Below, piece after piece: positions 1 to 12,700 of a stretch of 64,000 nt of DNA; the first letter of the stretch is position 1, and each line of letters starts with the position of its first letter. The position numbers were made by a program, and so were the translations under genes. A model generated the notes under the pieces. It saw only the letters and a program-made list of their open reading frames with translations, was not told the DNA's origin and searched no databases. The stretch is from positions 1-64,000 of the forward strand of contig DF237401.1 of NCBI GenBank assembly GCA_000708835.1. The letters run 5' to 3'. Source of the DNA: Klebsormidium nitens (lineage: Eukaryota > Plantae > Klebsormidiophyceae).

Positions 1-347
1 TTACTGAAGCCGATCCATCCGGGATATTACGCCGTCTTGCAGACAGCTACGCAGTGCGTCGTTGAGACGTAACCACCGCCGTTTCGCTAACTCGCGGTCA
101 ACGAAATCCTGTCGAGAACGAGGTTAGGCTTAACCAGTCGTAATCGTTACAACTACACGTTCTTGTTGCAAGCGCACGCGTCAAGCACGTCCTCCTCGTC
201 AGGATCCCTTTCGACTTCTTAAATCAGCGGACCCCGTTCGTTTAGTCTGACAAACTCAGCATTTAAGTCCAATGTCTGACCTGTAGGTAGATTCACCTTC
301 GAAAGGTAGCGGGCCTGAAACAAGACACTTGTTTCTTTCCTTCAGGT

Positions 348-1260
348 ATTGGCGGCGATGCTGCAAGCGCGCTGCTCTCGATCCTGAACGACTGGGGGAT
401 GTACCTGCCCAAGGTATGGAGCTGAAGCAGGGATCCTTTTCTTGAAGACAACGCCGTGATGCGGACAGTCCCCGCAGACTCTGGGAGGTGGGCATACGTG
501 GCAAAGGCGATGACGCAATGTTTAAACCCCTGGGTTTAGCATCGTACCATGTTGAGCAAATCAAGAAGTTGGAAAAAGGTCAGGACTTTCCTCGCCCTGG
601 GGAAAACCTGCGTACTGGGCAGTGCCGCGAAGTATGATGAATGCATTGCAAGCCATATGTCTCGTAGCTTTCAGGAGGCTTGCATTCGTCCGCAATCATT
701 CCTTTGTGTCTATACTTGTCCTGGGCAGACTAACTTTATCATCGTGATGACGATCAGTTTCAAAAAGTGTGTTGGAGGCGACCTGGGAGCATCTTTCGAA
801 GTCGAAAGTGTAGTCCGTCAGCGGTCACGGTAATATGACCCGCTTGGGCACAGCGGAACCTCCGACCCGCGAACACTCCTTAATCATTTCAAGTTTTACT
901 TGATCCACTTCAGACCCCCCGACTCTCGTATGGCTGTCGACCTGCTTGTAATTTTGAGTCAAGCCCTGCAGATTGCCCGCCTAAGAGTTCGCAATTCAGT
1001 CTCCTCAGCTTTGAACGCTTCGCTGGAAGCATCTTCTCTTTAGGGTCATTGACTAGTCGCTTCCTTATTGTTCTTCTGCAGGTAGATGTGCCAGGCGACG
1101 ATTCGAATGAGGAATCGCCGCTCTGGTCTCATCACGCTGCAGTCCGACTTCAGCTTGTTCTATTATGCGTCTGGGCGTTCGGGCTGAGTTCGTGCTTGAC
1201 CTCAAGCGCTGGCGGGAATCTTCTTTCACTGAAGACTTTCATTACTGGCAATCTGAGGGT
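348..1260 (+). CDS. Probable internal/3' exons of an unidentified gene entering from the left edge
   Basis: Candidate AG/GT-bounded open segments: ~348-414 (GIGGDAASALLSILNDWGMYLPK|gtatgg), ~729-830 (TNFIIVMTISFKKCVGG..|gtaata), ~1143-1259 (MRLGVRAEFVLDLKRWRESSFTEDFHYWQSE|gtgagg). No family recognised; phases not fully reconciled. Confidence 0.3.
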
Positions 1261-2469
1261 GAGGCGCAGACATCTTCCGCTTTCTAAGTGCGCCACTCTC
1301 GTCGTGACCGTCCAAAGGTATTGCCGCTTTAGAAGGGTCTACTTAATTTGAACCAGACATGGAATAGATCTTGGCTCCCTAACCAGGCTATGCCTATCAA
1401 CACAGCATGGCTGCTAGAATGACTTCGACAACAGATTAACATCCGCATCGGGGAGAGGTGCGCAGAATCAGCGGGCTCTCGCCCGTCCCTATTGCAGTGG
1501 CACTTTTCTGCCCGTTGACTCGGATTTGGTGCTGCGGAATGAGCTTTCTGCTTGGGTGTTGATTCAGTCGAGAAGCATGTCAACTTCGATTAGAGGCTAG
1601 GGACTCCGTGGCAGTCTGCTTTGCGAAGGATGAACCAAAGTCTGTTGTCATCTTTGCTTGCGTCAATCCGGTCGTTCAAGTGTTACACGAAGGGGGAATG
1701 TGTCCAGAGTTCAATTCTGTTAAGTAAACAGCGCATAAGCTTCAGGAGGGAGTTTGCTCTCAAGTTGTCTAGGTGCACTGGCGATTGGCATTTCTAGAGC
1801 GGACCCCTTCCTTTGCAGATGGACATCTCGCACTTTACTTCTTACCTCCTTGGATGAAAAAGCAAGCTTTGACTTCGATTCGACATAACAAACCGATTTG
1901 TGTGCAGGTTTGTTTCAAATCAATGAGCTAGCGTTTCCTGCCCTTCTGCAATGCAATACAGCTTGAATATCCAACTAGTCGACAAGAGTGGAATTTTTGG
2001 TAGAGTCTATGATATGCGCTTCGAATAATTGAGCCCAATACACTAGTAGGTGATAGTTTCATTGCACTTCATATGGTCGTTGTGAGGCTCTTGCATGGCA
2101 TAAACTATTTTGATTTGTGCCTGAGCTTCAGTAGTATGATCGAAAGGTTATAATTTATGTTTGTTTACTCCACTAAGGGAAAGCTGATTGATGCATAAAC
2201 ATCATAATACATCTAAGTAGTATAGGTTGTTTGCGAGTACCTGTATGAGTATTTTATTTCAAGTCGAAGTATACTGGCATCATGGGCAACAAGTGCATTG
2301 TTGAAATACCAAGATGTGTACCCTTTGTAGTAAGCCATCGTGGAAGCTGAGTTGTACAAAAGTAGCAGGCGATACTATATGTCTCGATTACATCAGTTAT
2401 TGCCTGCGGTAAAAGATGTCAAATCACCATGACGTGACTAGTGGTCATGAGTAAAAACTTCCGTTATCT

Positions 2470-2610
2470 CTAGGGGGTCGCCTCTGGCGACCCATCCCTG
2501 CCTTTGGCAGGGGATGGGGTCGCCTTCGGCCACCCCATCCCATGAAGTTTTTGCCGGTGAGGGCCGCCAGGGCGTGGCGGGGGCGTGGCGGAACGGCACG
2601 CGCCCACTAG
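2470..2610. repeat. 141-bp GC-rich triple-hairpin element with CTAG ends (MITE-like)
   Basis: Hairpins GGGTCGCC-tct-GGCGACCC (2475-2493), ATCCCTGCC-ttt-GGCAGGGGAT (2494-2515) and GGGATGGGGTCGCC-ttc-GGCCACCCCATCCC (2511-2541). Ends ctaggggg / cccactag are inverted with 1 mismatch. Confidence 0.55.
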
Positions 2611-3863
2611 CACTGAGCAGGCACGCACTGAAACTTTCAGTTAAAGCGACCGTGACAATGTCGGCCCGCTCTCAACACGTGTGCCTTGGATCAAGTTCAA
2701 TAGCCTCAGCGTATCGTAACTATGAATAGAACAAAATACGTACGTACGCATACGTAGTATTTGCTTCAGACTCTTCCTCCCGAGCATGCTTACAAGACTA
2801 CTAGCACATGTGCTAAATGAATGATCCTGCAATGCGTTGGATATTTGCTACACCGCATTAAGGCAAACTTCATGTTCACGAGTTAAGTCTATGTTGCATA
2901 TATGCTAGAGACCTTGTAGCAGCTTGTCGCTGAAGCAGATCAGTCGGAAAGAGGGCGTATTCATACTCATCTGCATTGAGCGATCCATATCAGAAATGCA
3001 TTTATGAAGTTCTGTTGCTGCAATTCGAATGTGCTGAACTCGGGGCGAATGTTGCGAACGAGGTCCCAACTTTAAGGACGCTGCAAAACTCACACTGGTT
3101 CCTTCAACCCCAAAGCCCTGTCGAATGCCATGATGTGCTTCACATCTGCTCCATAAGGAACGTTACCTGGCTAGCAGCCGTTCATCAACTTGAAGAGCTT
3201 ATGGGGCCGATCCTGCTCAACGCAACCCTTGTATCTTTCTGAAGCAAAAGCTTCCATAGACCAGATACTAAGGAAGACGCTATATACCCTTGGATGCAAG
3301 ATCACAGTGAAACATTGGCGAAGCAATCAGTAAGCCCAGGACCTTGAACATCGTTGGACTTTGTAGGCCACGCTTTACTCGCTACTGAACAATTAAGTGC
3401 CAAAAGGGTGCCATGTGAGCCCTTGGGAAGGGCTCCTGACGCGGAGCAGGTAGATCGAAGCTCTGTACTAACCTAGAGTATATACGAGTCTACTGGCGAG
3501 CGCCGGCCCGACCGCCAGATGGTACGGCCGCAATCGAGCCAGCAGAAGCTGCACCGCAGATGGCGGCAGCATTCCCAGCTGCTGAAAGAACTGCAGCAGT
3601 CAAAGTGAGCACAATTCAGGGGCGTTACAAGGACAGCGTGTACTCTTCAAGGTACTCGCGGTTCATCTCTTACCAGAAGGGACGCAGCGTCCACGAAAGA
3701 ACCATTTCATCACGATAAGCGCACGTGCTTGATCTCTAAAGCAAACATTTGTCAAGGGCCACTCACATCGAGCGGACTTGCGACTAAATCAAACGACATG
3801 CAGAACACACGGTGCTGCCAAACTACTGTAAGTAGTGCTCGTTCCGACAGCCCAGCATCTTCC

Positions 3864-6800
3864 TCAAGCGCTGCCGACAAATTGCCTCACCCTAAACGGG
3901 ATGATTGTGCCCCCTAGCAGCAGCGGCACTCCGCCCAGCTCCTCCACGGTCGCCGCCCCAGGGCCTTCCCAGCCGCCGCCCTCCTCGCCGTCGTCGGTAT
4001 CAGACTCGGACAGGTCACTGAGATCCAGGCTGAGCCCCTCACTTGGATCCCCGTTTGTCATCCCCGGGTCCTGCTCATGATCACTGCCATCCCCCGGCGC
4101 CTCTTCATCGCTGTTGCCTCTTTCAAGCCAGTCGCCGCCAGAATCTTCGGAGCTGTGCACGCGTTCCCTGTCCTCCATGTGCCGCTCCCCTCGATGTTCC
4201 GGCGACCCCGGCTGGATCTCAGCTCCCGGCCTCGAATGGACCCCTTGCGCCTCCTCAGACGGCCCTTCTCCCCTGGTGCGAAGAAGTTCGGGTTCGGCCT
4301 CACGGCGCGCTGTGCCCGTTGCCATCCGCGCAGCCTGCCCGCTTCTGCTGCTCTCAAGCGGCGCGGTTAGTACCGTGGCTCGAGACTGCGACTCGACGGC
4401 GTTTTCTGCGAGACCTGTACCCGGTGAGGCTGCGATCTCTCGGACTCGCAGTTGGGCCTGCCCGCCAGTTTGGCAGAGGTCGGAGTAGGCCTGCCGGTCC
4501 AGCAGGTCCTTTGCGGCACTGTGAGGCTGCCACGTGTAGTGCAGCGGGCAAAGCAGCTGGGAGGGGGAGTAGGCCGCCTTGTACCGCATCTGGTGGACGG
4601 GACAGGAGGGGACGAGGTCAGCAGGAGGATGCGAAGGGCCTGACTAAAGTCAAGCTGATGCGGACAATTGTTCGGCAAATCGAGAAGACGGCTGGAAGTC
4701 GATCGGGGCTTGAAGATTGAGAAAGCGACTTTCTGCTCCAGCATGGATTATGAAGACACCCACACGTCAATTACTTGGATATACTGTCAAATTGCAGAGA
4801 CAGCAGGATTGCGGATCAGAGAGGCGGCTCGCTTGGCCGCACCTTGGCGCAGTTGTGGATGTAGAAGCCGAGGTAGTAGTAGTGCAGCGAGGGGCAGGCC
4901 CGCTGCGCAGCGCGCACCCACTCAATCTCCTTGAGCGCCGACAGCTTGCCGAGCGAGAGCGGGGCGAGGTCGGGGTCCCAGAAGAGGTACACGCTGCTCA
5001 GGCACTGCGGTAGAACGTCCACCACGCCCACCGCCACCAGCCGCCCTGCAGCACAGCGGGAAAGAGAGGGAGGAAAGTCAGAAGGAGCCAAGAGGCCAAA
5101 GCACTGGACGAGCGAGCCCTTGAGAGGGCGAGGCCAATTCCCCCACATGGCTCATGGCGACGTATGGTATCGACAGCGACTTCGACTGGGCTTCGACTCG
5201 CCGCGAATTTCGGCCCTTAGAAAATGAGTCTCGCCCAATCGCAAGGTCGCCGAAACGACATGGCGCTCGACGCCCCTGATTGTCACGTTCGTGCAATAGA
5301 TGATAAAATGACAAGTCAGATGGAAAAACAAGTCAACGATGTCTTGAAGAATTCAATTCAGTTCGCAGCGGAGACACGCAACATGACTACTGGGAGGAGT
5401 CGTGGCAACCACGTGCTACGTACGACGACAATCGGTCTCTCACGACAGTGTCATGAACCTCAAAGGTGACGTTTCGCGAAACCGCTGCTGCCACAAAAAT
5501 CTCACCATCGATGCGGTACTGCTGGTGGAACGACCCAAAGCCGCCAAAGGACGCGTCCCCATCGGCGCGAGAGGAGGCTGCGTGCGGGGGTGGCACCAGC
5601 GGCGAGTCGACGAGGAAGCGGCGGTAGGAGCTCTCGCTGACCTCGTGGGGGGCGTCGTTGTGCACGCGAACCTGGTACTTGCGGTACAGCAGGAACTCCT
5701 GGACAGAAAAGAGAGAGACGCTCAGGCGGCGGACAGGCGTATGCTATTTCCAGCGCGAAAGCCAGAGGGTTCAGCGACAACCACAAGGGGGCAATGCACC
5801 CAAGCATTCTTGCGGGCAAACCCCTTTTCATTAGAAAGAGAAAGTTACGCAGCCAGGTAGAAACGAATAAACATGTCCAGGTTCTTGCTGGCAAGTCTGC
5901 ACCTCCGATCCATAATTACGTTGGCGCCTTGGATTGCAGCTTACAACTCCCCTCGCTTCGAGCTTTGTCCTTTTCAATGAAGGCGAAGGGCCCCCACTTT
6001 GACGACAGGGACGATTATTGGTGGCAATGTCTTCACGCAACTGTCAACCTAAAAGTCAAGGCGCTCTAGGACATTTTGCAGGCGCCCCTCTTTGCCCACC
6101 TCTTTGTCGAACTTGGCTCTACTCATTCGCATTTCGAACCGTTTCCTTCTCTCGAGCTGGCCCTCCGCTTCCGCTCCTCGCTGGCCCTGCTCCCCCGGGT
6201 CTCCTCGTCCTGAAGTGCTTGCAGGGTTGCCAGTGCTCTGTTTAGCGGACCTGGTCCCGTCCGGCACCCCCGCTTCCTCGTCCCTGAGCCTCTCAGCGGA
6301 CGCATAGAAGTTGAGGTGCCCCCGGCACGCTTCCGCCCTCCAATCCGCGTCTGCCGACCTTGCTCTCCTTAGCCTATCTGCCACTGCTTCCGCAATCGCC
6401 TCAGGACCGCTGGCAGCAAGACCAGGTCTGTTCCCTTCACCATTCCCAGTACTTGAATCCGGACATCCGTTTGCAGGCAGACCCCTTTCTGCTCCACCCT
6501 CTCGTTGCGCCTCTGCCGCCCCCTGCTTGCGAGCCCCCTCCTTTGCTGTGTGCGCAGCAAGCACAAACGCAATGTTGCATGAGTACAACAGCTCCTCCGC
6601 TGACTTGTCCCCTCCCTCCTGCTTCCGCTTGTCCAACTTTCTCCGCACCTTCTGCGGCACTTCCCTAACCGACGCAAGAACGGGGCAGGGCACGCCCAGC
6701 AGCTGAGCAACAGAGTCTTCAATCAGTGTCCCGATCTGTTTTGCTGGCGATATGCTCCCCGGCTTTTGTGAGCTGTCCGTTTGAGGGCCCCCTGCTTCCG

Positions 6801-8394
6801 ACCTGTCGGGGTGCGGGGTTGGGGGTTCGACCAACTGCGAGATAGGCGCCTCGGAGGGTTTCTTTTCGATATCTAGTAGACTACCAAGGCCACGACTCCC
6901 GCTTTCAAGATGGTAGGATGGGGTTTGCCTGCCCCCATCAGCTGGCAAGCTCTCCACCGGTTTGCCCGCAGACTCTCGCCCCAGAAGTCCTGGATTTTCA
7001 AGGTCCCGCTTCCCTCTTCTTACACCACCAGACTGCAACCCTCCAGCTCCGCTTTCCTCAGCCGTCCTATCTCCTGCGGCTTTTCCACCCGTCCTGTCCT
7101 TTGAAGAGTGAGTAATCTCCAGATCGCCACTCAAGTACCTGTAACATTAAACAGGAGTACATAAGTCCTTGACCTTCTCTTGCTGCTTAAACGAAGAAAT
7201 CAAAGACATTCGAGATTGTAGGCAGATAGGAATGCATTGGTAGGATGGATTCTCTTTTCATTTCTCTTGTCAAATGAATCCTAGCAATGCAATCGTTGTT
7301 CCACGTGTTGTTGATAATCGCAATCTAGGAGAGTGTCGTTGGCAACCCTGGTGTCCCTCCCTACGAATTTTGCATCCCTGGCTGGACCCTCAACAAAAAA
7401 AGCATCCCCACAACATAAGGACAAATGTACCCCTTTTCCACATTGTATGCCGGCATACCTTTCCAAACGGCGCAGGACTGCCCTCTGCTCTTTGTTGATT
7501 GCAAAATCATTCACGTCCAGCCGGATAGTGTACGGAGGGCAGCACGTGCGGTCCATGGCAGGCTTGTACAAGAAGTTGCCAGACCTTCGCCAGCCACGGT
7601 TGATAAGCTCTGCACAGCCACACTTGCTTATAACTGCACTAGACTTTTAGTCAGGAGTTCTCCTAGCTTCGTACTGCTCTCGAAAGGCCAACGACATGTG
7701 CTTCAAGTCAAAGACACCTTAAGCGAGTCCCGGCAATCAAGACTGGAATACATTTATATGCAGGGCTCTAGCTGAACATGCCTGGCTGGCCAGCTGTTAT
7801 AAACCAGCAACCAAAAAAATCTTTTGTGTGCGCCTCTCTCACCTTGATAGTCATCCACAGACATTTGACGCGCGTACATGCCTGGATAAAAGAAGGGCAT
7901 GCGAGTCAAGGAGCGGGAAGACGTTCAACAAAGGAAAGCAGAGACATGAGGGTGCTGCTTCTTTGTTCTGAACCGTTTGCCAACCTTTTGCCCACCCTCA
8001 ACCACTCGGCCCCCAGGCAAATTCCCACAGAAAAAGCGGACAAAAAGCTGCTCAGAAATAAGCATCAGAAGAGGCAGGTTTCAGAATTATTCAGGGAAGG
8101 CAAGATGCTTAGAATCGGAGTGTCTGAGCTATCCACTTACTCCAGAACCCTTGTTAGAAAAGCGAGCCATCCATGGATAACGGACCTCAAAACCCTCCTG
8201 GAGAAAGTCAACACAGCTGCAGAGAAGACCCGAGCTCTCAGTGCCACACTTAGGTTCCCAACTGAAACATTTTAAGTCATCCATCTACGCTGCTGCTGCC
8301 ACTCACCATGGGAGATGCTTGTCCTGCTGCCGCTGTGGCAGTAGCCGCAAGTGGACTTGTACAAGCCCTGGTCGTCCACTACACTCTGCGCCAT
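3864..8394 (-). CDS. ATE1: Arginyl-tRNA--protein transferase (N-degron/N-end rule arginyltransferase), 7 exons, 812 aa
   Basis: Exons 8394-8307, 7881-7843, 7609-7459, 7138-6100, 5698-5506, 5045-4843, 4589-3864; all GT-AG and phase-consistent. Motifs [112 protein letters not shown]. Confidence 0.95.
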
Positions 8395-9779
8395 GCTTCC
8401 GAGTCACCTGGCACCTCACACACAAGTGCAGCCAGCTGAAGCTGCGCAGGGTGGCAGCACAATGGAAGATTTTTGGCAAACCCCTAGTGGCTAAAATTGC
8501 CTTTTGTGCGCTGGTGAGAGCTCCTGGCACGAAGTATTTAGCTAGGAACTCCGCGCTTCCACTTCGAGGCACTCAACGAAAAGGGAGCTCTTCAATATTG
8601 TGCAGATTTGACAACTCTTCGTATGAGGAGGGTGATTGATCGCTGTGGGATGTTGCTTCCACCTGCACAATATCCTAGGACCCCTGGCAGAGCCAAATTT
8701 CTTAGAGGACTTCTTCCAACCTCCCCAGCTCTAGCTCAGATGGACCAGGCAGCAGAATGCGTGGTTGTGCCTAGGAAGCGTACCCTACTCTGCAGACGCC
8801 ATTCGATGCAAGCAACCTTTTCTGTTGAGCAAGCTAGCGCTGGCAACGGGCCATGGCAACATACCCGCCAGCGGACAACTGGACCACGATGATGACGTAA
8901 GAAAGTTTCTAGTGAGGTCGGGTAGGCACTCCCCCAGGTTTCCGATCGCACGGCTAATGCAGGCTTATGTGGCTATCATCTGACTCATCGGACGGCAGAC
9001 ATATGCAAGCCCAGACTTTCGATCGCCAGTCGACATTTGAGACGGCCAGCTAATTAGATTCATCCCCGCTCTAGTAAAGCCCTTGTGGAGCATACAGGAG
9101 AAGCTTGCGAGTCTGCGCGCGTGGCCTTGGGCGCGCCAATGTGTTCTTCAATTGAACCACACGGACTCACACTGACAGCCCGGGGCCACAAGCTCGGACG
9201 ACAATATATCAATGTTTGTTGATCTGGACTCTGCTCTGGAACATGCATCGTACCTCGTTCAAACTTGTGCATGGTGCTGATCACATGACTTCATGGTTGT
9301 CGCTGAGAATCCGGCCCTGCTGGAAGCCAGATTGTCCTCGAGACCCTATCATTGCTAGCAAGTTGCTTCGTTGGAGCTCGCCGGACAGTTTGCGAGATGG
9401 TAAGACTTGAATCTATTATGCAGAGGACGGAAATGTCGAGGATAAAATCCGTGAAAGGGGTAGAACAATCGCAGCACTGGTTCTCTCGGACAACCTCCAA
9501 GCCGACAAGCCGTCTGCGACTGAGGTCTGGCTTTGCATCTTGCTGACCTCGTCTCTTCGTCCATCTTGGTGGCTTGCAGCGCAAAGATTTGATGCGCCTT
9601 TGGTTTCAGCGCTTGCGAAAGCACCTGTTCGCCAACTCCCCACGCGCAGGTCCTCTCTTACCTCCGAAGCTTGTCCGAGTCTGCAATCAACTCGCCGGAG
9701 CTAGCCAGGGCAAGAAGCTAGCTGTCGCTGACGTTGAGGGAAAAGAAGCAGTCCGCTGATCGACGTGCGAGCAGCCAGC

Positions 9780-12700
9780 ATGGCGCGTTCCCCGACGTAC
9801 GACCCTGCTGCGGGCATGGGCGGGCTGTCCATTTCGGAGGGCGAGGGCGTGTCGTCCAAGGCGGCGCGCTTCCCCGTGCGGCCCAGCCCGGGCACAATCG
9901 GGCGAAGGGCCAACCTGTTCGCCAACCACTTCTTCGCCAGGTTCAAGCCGGAGCTGGAGCTGCACCACTACGACGTGAGGAACATAAGGTTTTTGGACTG
10001 GGTAGCCGTCGCGCATGTTGGGAAGGAGAAGAAAGTGGCTTTTTGCAAGGAAAGCATGGTGCACGCAAGAAGCAGTCAAGCCTGGGCCTTTGCAAACCTG
10101 AGAGGCGCTTCCGAAAGCAGCATGCACTGAACCCTTCGAAGGGGTTGTCAGAACCAGAGAGTTCAACTGGTGCATGGTCCTTTCGTAGGACGGGTGCACG
10201 TCCGAGGAAAGATTTCAGTATGGTGTTGCCCATTCTTCCTTCAGCATTGAGCAGTGTTGCAACGGAGGGAAAATTTTGGAAGCTTTTGGTCTTGCTTAAA
10301 AACGCAATGCAGTATCTGTGGGTGTACTCCATTTTGAGACAGGCCGTCAGTGAGGACAAACGGGTGATTGATGTCTCGAGTCAGCACTTGTGTTTGAGAA
10401 AGTATAGACTGTGCTTTCGAAGTTTCATGAGTCTCTCTCTAAGAATCTCGGAGGGAAGTCTCCTTGGATTCTCAATGGTTACATAAAAGGTTGAATGTCC
10501 TAAAAGAAAGCCCCTCTGTTCCAGACTCAGAAAGAAAACGTACTCTGAAGGTCCTAAGGCTTTGAATTTTATTCCGCTCGTGCATGCCGGCAGAACCCCT
10601 TGAAAATTTTCTTACGAAACAGCATACTTGAGGCTTTCGAAGTAGTTAGTTTCGTTTCCGCCCAATCATTATGACGACCTTGTCAAAGAATGTGTTCGAG
10701 GTCAGTGAAGTGCGGGCTGTGTTGTTCCGCAGGTGTCGCTGACCCCTGAGGTGACGTCACGCGGCGTGCGCCGTGCTGTGATCCGCGAGCTGGTTATACA
10801 GTACCAGCACACAGAGCTGGGCCGCAAGCTGCCCGTCTACGATGGCAACAAGGTGAGCGCCACGCAGGCTTTTCCACTTTCATAACACCTGTGCGAGAGA
10901 CCTGATTCCGCGAAAATTTTCCCAAACTTCAGAAGCCGTACGTTCCCCTTCATGGGAACTTTCAAGTAAGGACAAGTCTATCAGACATTTTGAAATTTGG
11001 CGATTTGGAGGCCACGTCCCCACTAGGAAGAAAATCCCCTTCAATTTTGCCACTTCTAACAAAGTGTAGAGAGATATCGAAAAGCTCGCAGCTCCGAATT
11101 GCTTTTTACTGGTTTGGCTTCATAAGTCGCAATGCAGATTCTGTTCAGCAAGTGAAGCACGGTTACTGACTCCGTGCTACGTGCCTGGTCCGCAGAGCCT
11201 GTACACGGCGGGCCCGCTGCCGTTCCAGAACAAGACGTTCGACATCCAGCTGCCCGAGGAGGATGAAGGGCCCCGCGCAGGCGGAGCACCGTGAGTGGGA
11301 CCATCAAGCTGACAAGTTAACAGTTTCTTTTACTCCAATAAGTTCTCGTGCTTTACAATCCTTGGTGCGGATTCGTTGGCTTTGCTAAAAGCAGGATCCA
11401 GTCCAAAAAGATACCTCTGAACTTCTTTCTGAAAGGTTCTCGTGAGGTTTTTGAACGGCCACTTCTTTCTGTAAGGTTCTTGTGAGCTTTGTGAGCGGCC
11501 TTCTGAATTTTGCAAATGACAGTGAAAGCCCTATCTTCTGACTGTGGGGATCCCGGTCCCTCTGTTCTGCGTCGTCAACGGGATCAAAGCTGCTTTCCTT
11601 GGGGTGCTGGCAGCGCGCGCGGGCGCGAGGAGCGCCGTTTCAAGGTGGTGATAAAGATTGCTGCGCGCGTGGACCTGTTCCGCCTGGACGAGTACCTGGC
11701 GGGCCGCCTGCCCGAGGCGCCGCAGGAGGCGCTGCAGGCGCTCGACATCGTGCTGCGCGAGCAGGCCACCATCAGGTAAAGCGTCGCAACGCCGCAGCGG
11801 GCCAACCGCTGCCCGCGGGGGACAGATGCCGCCGTTCTAGTTCACTTGGCAACTGTTCTGGAAAGTCTGCCAAGCTGTGCCTCACGTGAAGTAGAGAAGA
11901 AGAGGCGAAATGACGGTCAAAAATGAATTCCCTTGCTGCAGCTCCCGCTGTAGCAACCGAAACCTTAATTCTCCGCTCTGACATTGCAAGTAGGTCGCAA
12001 CCGTTGAGGTTTGGATGAGGCTCCTGCTTTCTCTCCGATTCGCCCGTTTCACCGAGCCTTTTCTCTGCTGCGTCCAGGGACGTCCCCGTGGCCCGGTCCT
12101 TCTTCCACTCGGAGCTGGGCACTCGGCAGCTGGGCGGCGGCCTGGTCGCGTGGCGCGGCTACTACCAGTCCCTGCGCCCCACGCAGAGCGGCCTCTCCCT
12201 CAACTTGGGTACGAGAGCGGAGCATACCGATAAAGGAACCTCTTCCGGCAAGCCCGGCTTGCTGCAGCAATGCGCGAGAGCAATTGGCAGCATCCAAACC
12301 ATCCTAATTGCTTCCGAGGATATACATTTTGGAATTGTTTCAAAGCCAAGCGCGTTTCTTCCTTCCTTTGCTCACCCGCCTCCGCTGTCCTGCTTCCAGA
12401 CACGCTGTCGACGGCTTTCTACGAGCCGGTGGACCTGGTGGAGTTCACGTCGCGCATGCTCAACCGCAACGTCCGCCAAGTCCGCGCGCCGCTCAACGAC
12501 GCCGATCGAGTCCGGGTGAGCGCGCGCACTGTGGCGCACATCCTGCACAGAAAATGGTCGAGAAGAGAATAGAAGCTTTCACGACCAGGCAATGCCAAGT
12601 CTTCTGCTGCTTCCTCTGTCAAACCAAGAAAGCGCAGTGTTAAAGTCGATTGAGAGATTGAGATTAGTTTTGGTCGCCATCGTAAAAGGACCCCGGTCCG

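Noticed and set aside
4043-4720. 225-aa and other plus-strand ORFs over the ATE1 last exon
   Set aside because: Antisense shadows of GC-rich coding sequence.
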